The position numbers and the translations under genes are program-made. Positions 1-8,191 of a DNA stretch of 64,000 bases are shown one piece after another. Positions within the stretch are counted from its first letter, which is position 1. Every line of letters starts with the position of its first letter. The DNA is from Anthoceros angustus (lineage: Eukaryota > Plantae > Anthocerotophyta), in NCBI GenBank assembly GCA_010909165.1, contig VJWM01000151.1:496001-560000 (forward strand), read 5' to 3'. The notes below the pieces were generated by a model. That model was not told the DNA's origin. It did no database searches and was given only the letters and a program-made list of their open reading frames with translations.

Positions 1-79
1 GATAAGGGGGAAGCGGATAGACATGGGTATGTCATCAGTCCATTTCACTTTCTGTCCAAAACTCCTGGTTAGCCAGCAC

Positions 80-130
80 CCCATCCAAGTACTGATCCAC
101 CCCACGGGTGCTTAACTCTGGAGTTCCTAT
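80..130 (-). promoter_or_regulatory. 5S rRNA internal-control-region-like motif (A box, C box) in the retroelement leader, antisense to gag
   Basis: Reverse complement ATAGGAACTCCAGAGTTAAGCACCCGTGGGGTGGATCAGTACTTGGATGGG aligns without gaps at 37/51 nt to the plant 5S consensus as I recall it. AGTTAAGC and AGTACT.GGATGGG are retained. Confidence 0.7.
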
Positions 131-502
131 GCCTTTGCTATCCAACTCACCCAGCTCACATTTTTGGATTGAGATATAGCCTGCAGAGTATTTCTATGCA
201 ATTTTAACATGCATAGATACTTAGAGGTTTCACTAATCACGATCTAAGATAGCGGGGTGTGTTAACCTTGATTAAGGGTTTGATCTAGCCACTAACCGCC
301 TGGAGTGCATGCTCGACACACTCGATCCGGACGGAGCTACCAACCAAGTCCATCGAGCGAATTCAAGTCCCGACCAAGAGGAGAAGTGCGAACACTCGAT
401 TTTGGTACCACCGAAGGACGCGGAGGAACCCAGCGACACAATCAACAATCTTTGAAGGATCTGGTGGCAACACACAAGACACGTTAGTCTTCGGACAACT
501 CG

Positions 503-1450
503 GTGAGCGGCGAGGAGGACTTGTCTCTTGGAGTCGTCAAGATGGGAGGAGACAAGGATCGAATGGAGTTGTTCACAGGACGAGCGGGCACCTTGCCACT
601 GGAGGACTTCATCGAGAAATGCAGTGCGGTGTGTGCGGAGATGGAATTGAAGACCGGATACACGAAGCGATACGGCTTCATCCAAATGCCGAAGTACTTG
701 GGGGATGAAGCATTGGCGTGCTATCGCGAGCACAAGGCGAGGCTGTTGAGCGGCACAGCTGGAGGACCAGTGAGTAGCAGTTCAAGCTCCGAAGGAACCA
801 GTGCAGACGGAGCAGTGGCACCGAGTGGGCACGATCCCATCGAAGAGATGTTTGACATCTTCCGGCTGGAGTTTCCTGCAAGCACGGATGAGAAGATCTC
901 CGAGCTGACACACTTCAAGATGAAGTCAGGCGAGACTGCGAAGATGGCTTACCGAAGAATCGACCAGTTGGTACGTGACACCAAGATCATGAGTGACCGA
1001 CTGGCTGCAGAGAAGTACTTGCAGGCATTGCCATATGCGCTGCGCATGAAGGTGCAACAAGCGGTGCAGACGAAGGGCAACACTACACCCTCAAGGAAGT
1101 GTACGAGATGGGCGACAAGATAGGGCCCGACACTTTCTCTCGTCTTTGTTGCAAGTGATTACTCCGGCAAGTAGGAGTGGTGGACGACATGACCGACGCG
1201 GAGGTCGAGTGGAGGAGCTCGGCGAGACAAGCCAGCCCACAGCCCAAGTGGCGAGCCCTGCGTGAGGTGCCGAGGACGGACCATTCCCTCATGAGTGCGA
1301 GCATGCATTCGGAGGAGTCAAGGGTGAGGAGCCATGCCCTAGGTGTGGGAGGTACGGCACAATGAAGCGGCATGTTGGGAGAAGCATCCGAATTGCGGCC
1401 TCACGGGTTATCGAGCAGCAACCCGGCCAATGCATCTGCGTCAACCTCAT
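503..1450 (+). pseudogene. gag: Retrotransposon Gag with frameshifted CX2CX4HX4C zinc knuckle
   Basis: ORF 503-1123 (LFTG...LEDFIEK; EMFDIFRLEFP...ELTHFKMKSGETAKMAYRRIDQL). At 1335-1400, TGC CCT AGG TGT...(C)AC AAT GAA GCG GCA TGT TGG GAG AAG CAT CCG reads CPRCGRYG-H-NEAACWEKHP with a 1-nt deletion. Confidence 0.8.
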
Positions 1451-2149
1451 CCACAAAATCAGCGAAGAGCAAAGGCGCCGTGGAGGAGGCACCGGCGAAG
1501 TCCCGTGGACAAAAGAAACGGGAAGCATCAAAGAAGACGATGGCACAAAAGCTTGGATACATGGCGACCTCGGGCCAAGCATCTCGTGGAGAAGCTGGAG
1601 AAGTTGGTGCGGGCGAAGATCAAGGAGAGCAGTTCATCATCGGAGGACGAAGAAGATGAGCACAAGCTTGGATACATGGCGGTGACCCGGATCCAAGGGC
1701 AGGAAGAAACCTCTGGCGCTACGAGAGAAGATAGCTCGGAGGAAGAAGAGGATGTCTTGACACCGGTCACGGAAGACACGGAAGGAAGCTTGGGATCCTC
1801 TTCCGAACCTATGCCAAGATGCCAAAGTCGTTTGAGCCATTGCCAACAGGAGCAACTGGGAGCAACATCAAAGTCCAGTGGGCGATGTGGAGAAACCCAT
1901 GCAGATTCTTGGCGGAGGCGATGGCACAAAAGCTTCGGAGATGCCATGTTTGACCTACAAGACATGGGGTTGAGCGTGAAGGAAGTCGGGGTTTGACTCG
2001 GCGGATGTTGACAACCCTTGAAGACGAAGCAAGTGTCGACAATGTGCCACAACAGTGGCAATGATGTCATTCTTGACCTCGGGCCAAGCATCTCGGTGGA
2101 GAAGCGGAATCTTTGCAGTGGGAGTGGCTTTGGTCAACAATCGGGAGGC

Positions 2150-2530
2150 ACATTGAAATCAATGGATTCGCACCAAGGAGGTGTTGATTGACACCGGTCA
2201 CGGAAGACACGGAAGGAAGCGTTGGGTCTCCACCAAGAAAGGTTGAAGGAAGCGTTGGGTCTCCACCAAGAAAGGTTGAAGGAAACCAAGTGGAAGATCC
2301 GGAGCTGGGACCACGGAGCATGTGTTGGGGTGACAAGGTACAAGCTGAAGGTTTCATTCAAACCAAGAATGCAGACTTCACCTTTGTCGAGGTACACCGC
2401 TTGGTCACCGATGCACACTTTTGATGTCTTCTTTGGGGAGCGGACGCTTTGTACAAACCGAGTCATGGTGGATTTGTGGACGGAGACAGTCTACTATCGA
2501 CCAGTGGAGAAGCTGGAGCAAAACCGATGA
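2150..2530 (+). pseudogene. Retropepsin-like aspartic protease remnant
   Basis: GAG GTG TTG ATT GAC ACC GGT = EVLIDTG at 2178-2198, followed downstream by FTFVEVHRLVTDAHFDVFFG...VDLWTETVYYRP across frameshifts. Confidence 0.65.
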
Positions 2531-2900
2531 ACGGATTGCCCGCATCCCTCTGTGCATGGCAAGGATCATGAGAACCTCATTGCCAGCGTCTACCCAGTGT
2601 TTGGCGCCGTAGTGAAGGACACGCCATACGTGCTTGAACCTCTTGGCGTGTGTCTAACAACCGCAATCGACCGATGGAGGATTTCGGCGAGGAGGAGGAA
2701 AACAAGCTAGGGTTGCAACCACCCTCGGAGGAGGTTCTTCAAGTCACTCGGACGGAGCTGGTGGCTGCAATGAGCCGTGCAAAAGGCTGTGGAGGATGGT
2801 GCAAGAGGACCGGTCCTATGAGCCGAGAACTGTAAGTTCTTGCCTAGGGTTGAGCCTGTTTGTGACCTAAACACCCGGTCATCACATGGCGACCTCGGAA

Positions 2901-3815
2901 GACGGCATAGTGCTCGTGGAACTCTTTGGAGGCATCGATCGGCTTGGGCAGTGCTAAAGTGTGGCATCAAAGTGCGAAGATCGTGCATTGTGACCCGGAT
3001 CCAAAAGCAAGGATTGTGTCACGAGCGCGTAAGAGACTTGATGGGGAGTACCTAACCTCCGGCGTGGGAGTCGGTGAAGGGTTACCGGCTGCCGATGGAT
3101 GTTCGCATGATAGGGTTGTCCCATTTGAGTTGTCTTGGGCAACCGGTGGACCTTGTCATCGCAGTTGGGAGTGTCAAGGACTATCCTCTGCAGGCAAGGG
3201 TCAAGGTCTGAAGGATCCACGAACAGCATTGTTCTATGACCTGATGAGGATCTTGCGCTTGATCCAGAAAGGGCAAGAAAGGCCTTGTGGATACATGTTG
3301 GAGAATGTGCCAGCATGCATGAGCGTGAAGAAGCAAGTCCAGGAGGATTTTGCCACGATCCGAGGAGTGTTGGGTCAGGAGCTTCTATTGGATGCAGCTC
3401 AATTTGGTTCGAGGGCTCATAGGTTGAGGTCCATGTGGACTAACCTTGCTCCCTTGGAACATTTGAAGTGTGCGAGGTCGTTCACCAAGCGACCTAATCA
3501 TGTTGTCAAGGATGTGCTAGCATCGGAAGGCATGCCCAACAAGTCATCAAGGCGACAAGCCGCCGCACTTCCGTGAACACGCTGGACACCCCATGGCGGC
3601 TTGGCCAACCTTTGTGTCTAAGTCCAAGTCTTACGCCTTCAGGAACCATGGCCCGGCGTTGTGGTGGGATGACATGGCGAGGTTTTGGGAGAGCCAACAC
3701 CACAGAGAGGAGTTGGCCATGGGATTTGATCGAGCCACGAGACACCGGAGTGACCGAGAAGGCAGTGTCGATTGCTTGGGCAAGCATTTGACGTGAACAT
3801 GATGACTGGTTGTTT
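2901..3815 (+). pseudogene. DNMT3-like C5-cytosine DNA methyltransferase domain embedded in pol (frameshifted)
   Basis: Motif I VLVELFGGI (2910-2936); motif II region AVLKCGIKVRR..CDPDPKAR; motif IV VDLVIA-WECQGLSSAG (Cys codon 3172-3174); motif VI YMLENV (ENV 3301-3309); motif VIII DAAQFGSRAHRLRSMWTNL (RLR 3421-3429); motif IX-like EELAMGF (~3706-3727); motif X RLLGQAFDVNMM (3769-3804). The motifs are in canonical DNMT3 order. Confidence 0.85.
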
Positions 3816-3995
3816 AGCGGAGTCGCTTACCAACCGAAACCAGAAGGCGGGGTTGAAGCGGGTTCGGTGGGTGAAGGACATTCACTCGCATCTCAACAGG
3901 AGAAGGCGAGTTTGGAGGGCAAGGAGAGCGAGCACGTAGAGGCGTGCAAGCCATCGAGCCACACCACATGAGTGGTTAGCGTCGAGTTGAAGAGC

Positions 3996-4130
3996 AATCA
4001 GCGTCGGCTAAAGGAGTTGTTGGAGGCATCGCGACATGTGTTTGCTTTCACGCTTGCGGAGATGGGGAAGTACACCAAAGGGAAGTTCCACATAGAACTA
4101 ATCAAGAATGAACCGTGTTCGGGAGGCACA
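3996..4130 (+). pseudogene. N-terminal stub of Ty3/gypsy reverse transcriptase region; most of RT, RNase H and integrase deleted
   Basis: Reads NQRRLKELLEASRHVFAFTLAEMGKYTKGKFHIELIKNEP, like the pre-RT segment of gypsy pol. No YxDD motif or integrase core follows before the PPT. Confidence 0.55.
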
Positions 4131-4189
4131 GCTCGATGAGGCAAGAAGAAAATGGCGAGCAACCGGTGGGGAGAGTAGTCCACATGACA

Positions 4190-4290
4190 GCCCATAAGGA
4201 TGTCAAGACAAGCCTCCACTCATGGACAAGGTTCATAACCTCGACGACATTCCCGAAGGAGATTGGTTTTGTGCACAATGCGCTACATGA
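4190..4290 (+). pseudogene. C-terminal half of a PHD finger at the end of pol
   Basis: In frame from 4201: CQDKPPLMDKVHNLDDIPEGDWFCAQCAT* (TGA 4288-4290), matching the H..C..PPL...PEGDWFC..C PHD signature. Confidence 0.7.
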
Positions 4291-4358
4291 GGTGCGTACG
4301 TGTGTAGTCCTACTAATGATAATGTTTTGACTTAGAGTCTCACATTATCAGGGGGGAT

Positions 4359-4452
4359 TGGTTGCACCTATATATCTGCGTATTAGATTTGTTTGCTTGG
4401 TTGTTGGTCGAGGAAGTGCTTATATGAATTCAAGTGCTTACCTCGTGCGACA
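4359..4452 (+). repeat. 94-bp direct repeat, copy 1 (copy 2 at 5071-5164), flanking the 3' LTR
   Basis: TGGTTGCACCTATATATCTGCGTATT...TACCTCGTGCGACA occurs at both positions with few substitutions. Confidence 0.9.
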
Positions 4453-4454
4453 GC

Positions 4455-5069
4455 TGTCATGCCGTGTGATACTAATCTCTGCACTTGGGTTTAGTGTTTG
4501 ATTAGCATTAATTAATCTAATTACTTATCTTTAAGTAAGTAATTAGTGTTAATTAATCTAAGGTGCTTATGCTAATTAAGCATTGATTAGTGTTAATTAA
4601 ACTAATGTGCTTATGTTAATTAATCTAAGGTGCTTATGTTAATTAAGCATTGATTAGTGTTAATTAAACATGGTTAGCAATAGCTAAGTGGATAAGCTCA
4701 AGTAATATGCTTGGCATATTCCTTGCATATTATAGTGTATTCTTAGGATACAATAGCTAAGTGGATAAGCCCAAGTAATATGCTTGGCATATTCCTTGCA
4801 TATTATAGTGTATTCTTAGGATATTTCCGGCATATGCTGATGCCAATAGGATATCTTAGGAATATGCCGATGCCTGGGTCTAGTATATATAGACCCTTCC
4901 ATTGAGGACAAGCTCAGATCATAGCTTGTCCTCTAGATATGCAATGCAAGAGCGTTGTGAGGAGGCCAAAGCTATGACTCCGAGAGCGATGTGTGAGGAA
5001 TTTGCGTGTTGTTCTCGTGGGGAGAGTGTGTTTGTGCCACGACGTGCGAGCTACTCCCTCCTGTTGTTA
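4455..5069 (+). repeat. 3' LTR of the DNMT-bearing element
   Basis: Starts TGTCATGCCGTGTGA and has a TATA at ~4884-4891 and an internal 73-bp tandem duplication (4678/4751). It is homologous in reverse to 6762-7215, which ends ...CGTTACA. Confidence 0.8.
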
Positions 5070-5164
5070 TTGGTTGCACCTATATATCTGCGTATTCGAT
5101 TTGTTCGCTTGGTTGTTGGTCGAGGAAGTGCTTACATGAATTCAAGTGCTTACCTCGTGCGACA

Positions 5165-7215
5165 CTTGCCTACTTGGTGCTACTGTTCCGTTTGCATTTC
5201 CAATTTCTACTGCAAGTGTATTGGTTTTTACGGAACTCGAATGGCTACTCATTGGTCCTCCAAATGTGCAGCTCAACAACCTCACCTTGTGCTCAATACT
5301 TCATCCCCCAAGTACTTCGGTTACCTCTAATGTTTTGCTTTTTAGGGTAATACGATGTGGTTTATCATAAAAAACCATTGTAAATTAATGCCGTTGTAAA
5401 CGACCGATGTCTTGTCGTAAAGGGTCTTGTTGTAAATCCTACAGGGGTGTAGTAAACTATTGGATGTTGTAAAATACCATTGGCTTGTTGTAAAAGAATC
5501 CGTTGTAAACGAGAAAGTCCTGTAGTAACTGGTAGCCCCATAGTAAACGAGCATGCCATCGTTGTAACATCCATAAGCTCTGTTGTTAATAACAAGTGCC
5601 CCGTAGTAAAGTCCATTTTGATTTGCCACGTAAGCTTTTGCGCCTTTGGCAAAATAAGCCCTGTAGTAAAATTGGAATGAGCCCTAGTACATGAAAATAA
5701 TACATGGACTTGAAATGGTGTCTTTAATTGATGTAGTAAAATGGGCGGCCGTGGTAAAATGTACCCCCGTTGTAAAACTTCAATTAGTAAAAGTATATCT
5801 TTCCTAGTAGTGCGAGGTGTTCATACTTGTCTCTCTTAGTCGAGACTTCGAATTCGCTCCGATGGACTGGCTGGGTAGTAGCTCTATCTAGATCGAATAT
5901 GTCCAGGCATGCACTCCAAGGTGGTTAGTGTTTACGTCACAACCCTCAATCAAGATTAACACACTCCACTCGCTTAGATTGTGATTAGTGAAACCTTTAA
6001 GTATCTATAGGTTGCGTGCTTAAACATCATATAAATACCTTTCAATCTCACTAGTTGTGTAAGGAGTCGAGATGGGTGAGTTGGATGCTATCTTCATGAG
6101 AATCCCACAGCTAAGCACCTTGGGTGATCCATAGTTAAGCACCCTGGATGTGCATCAGTACTAGTATGAGGTGCTAATAACTTGGAGTTTTGAATAAATA
6201 GCCAACACGAATGAATGGACAACTCACAAAATGCTATCCTCTCTTTCCTTACTGCCTTGGAATCCAGCTTCCAAGCGCCCAAGAGTATTTTACTCTTCTT
6301 TCTCCCTTGGCTGGTTGGCCTTCAAAGGTTAAGCTCCCTTGAAAGGTCCATTTTTCTCTTTGGGACTTGGGCCTGTTCTCCTTCTTCTTCTTGGCTTCAA
6401 GCCTTGGGACTTGGGCCTCTCCTTGTGCCTTGGGTCCTCTCTCTTGGCCTCAAGCCTTGGAACTTTGGCCTTTTCAGATGACTCCCTCTTGCCCCAAGCA
6501 TTGGGCACACTCTTCAAGCTCTAGCTTGGCTTAAGAGGGTCCCTTGCCTACTTGCCTAACGAGCTAAGCATAGCCTAGCATCTACTTAGCAAGCCTAGCA
6601 TGCCTAGCACACTAAGCTTAGCATGGCCTGACATCGCGTAGCACACTTAGCACACTAGCACACCTAACAAGCCTAGCACACTAAGCCTTATGTGGCTTAA
6701 CTTGCCCAGCAAGCTTATCAATCCTAGCATGCCTATCTAGCATACATAAGAGATCATAGCTTGTAACGATAGGAGAGAGTAGTTCGCATATTGTGGCACA
6801 AGCACACTCTCCCCACGAGAAGAACACACAAATTTCTCATTCGTCGCTCTCGGAGTCATAGCTTTGGCCTCCTCACAACACTCTTGCATTGCATATCCAG
6901 AGGACAAGCTATGATAATAGCTTGTACTCTGTGAAAGGGTTTATGTATACTAGCCCTTAGCATCGGCATATTCCTAAGATATCTTATTGGTATCAGCATA
7001 TGTCGGAAATATCTTAAGAATACACTATAATATACACTTGTGCTTATCCACTTAGTTAATGCTAACCATGTTTAATTAATACTAATCAATGCTTATTAAG
7101 ATAAGCACTTTAAATTAATTAACATGAATTACTTACTTAAAATAATTAATTGGATTAATTAATGCTAATCAAACACTAAACCCAAGTGGAGAGATTACTA
7201 TCACACGACATGATA
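5165..7215 (-). mobile_element. Older, inverted copy of the same retrotransposon family (5' LTR 6762-7215, PBS 6751-6761, leader, gag fragment), interrupted by a CACTA end
   Basis: 5170-5325 is the diverged reverse complement of gag 680-835. 5813-~6220 is the diverged reverse complement of window positions ~400-20. 6762-7215 is the reverse complement of LTR 4455-5069. Confidence 0.85.
5370..5812. mobile_element. One end of a CACTA (En/Spm) DNA transposon with subterminal repeats
   Basis: Ends ...TTTCCTAGTAGTG (reverse complement CACTACTAGG) at 5812 and is preceded by many dispersed GTTGTAAA/GTAGTAAA motifs. Confidence 0.75.
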
Positions 7216-8191
7216 GAAAGCGTACACGTAAAATATATGTACAGCCCTATACACGTATTATAATAATGGTACCGATAAAATACGGGAGTAAAAGCTACAA
7301 GTGTAACATGGTTGCTCGTTTGGAGTAGGGAAGGCTTACCACAGCCACAAGAATGGGTTGGTCTCCCTCTTTCTTATGTGGTTGCCTTCTTCAGGCCATG
7401 GGTATACAAAGACGTTGGGCAACATGATGCAGAGGACGACAGTAAACACAAAGGATGCAACATCGTGGCACCATTGGTAGGTGGGCCTTTTCATATCTCG
7501 GAGCTGTCAGTAATTTCATAATGAGCGATCACAAGAACTAATCCCCCTTGGCCCGATTCCTTTTCGGGATTGTTCCCCTTCGTCTCATGGTAGATAAGAT
7601 TTTCCATGTCTGTTTAGTACATAAAGTCTCCGTTGTACTTGACTTTCAGCAAATGCGTTCCAGCACACGAGGTCTCGAGCATTCCTCTAGGGCTGACGCA
7701 CTTACGAATATAACACTCAAGTCCAGCAGTCGCCACGCTACGACTATCGCGTAAATAGGTTATTCAAGGTACATTCGGGAGACTACATACCTACATACAA
7801 TATCCATAATGTAGTGAACATGTATCCATATATCTCGATACAGCGATGCAGCATACAGTGGCATAAGTAGTCATGCGGCTTGGACTTCAAGACTGGTTCC
7901 TCCTTGGGCTATGCCTGAGGTGATGGCAGCGCCTGGCGCAGGAGCAGAAATGGTGATGTGAGTGCGCTCCACTGCCGCCGTCAGATCTGCCGTTTTATCA
8001 TCCACACCTGCCCGTTTGTAGCTTGCCCCCCAATTCTTTGCTCCCCGATTTCAGCCCCTACGCGCTGCTGCCGAGGTGGACTGTCCCGGAATGCCATGCG
8101 TTTGGTTTCCGTCTCCCACTTTGTTGCCAGGCATACACGTTGTTGAAAAATGCCGCTAGTGGAATTTGAGCATGACCACCCAGAGGGATCA

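Larger units (their letters stand above)
1..5164 (+). mobile_element. Ty3/gypsy-like LTR retrotransposon, decayed and internally deleted (leader-gag-PR-DNMT-RT stub-PHD-PPT-3' LTR); 5' LTR lies left of the window
   Basis: Retrotransposon gag ORF 503-1123, CCHC knuckle at ~1335, VLIDTG protease motif at ~2181-2198, polypurine tract AGGGGGGA at 4350-4357, and LTR-like block 4455-5069 homologous to the inverted LTR at 6762-7215. Confidence 0.85.

Noticed and set aside
80-130. Functional 5S rRNA gene
   Set aside because: Only the central ~51 nt match; the 5' and 3' helix I arms and a T-run terminator are not evident.
2926-3576. Host DNMT3/DRM gene or bacterial restriction-modification methylase
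   Set aside because: Intronless, frameshifted and flanked by retroviral-type protease and RT remnants; no host-type N-terminal domains and no cognate endonuclease.
5342-5680. Thr/Tyr-rich ORFs
   Set aside because: Translation of CACTA subterminal repeats.
5370-5800. Regularly spaced short motif resembling a CRISPR array
   Set aside because: The motif is only ~8-10 bp with irregular spacing and ends in a CACTA terminus; the context is eukaryotic.
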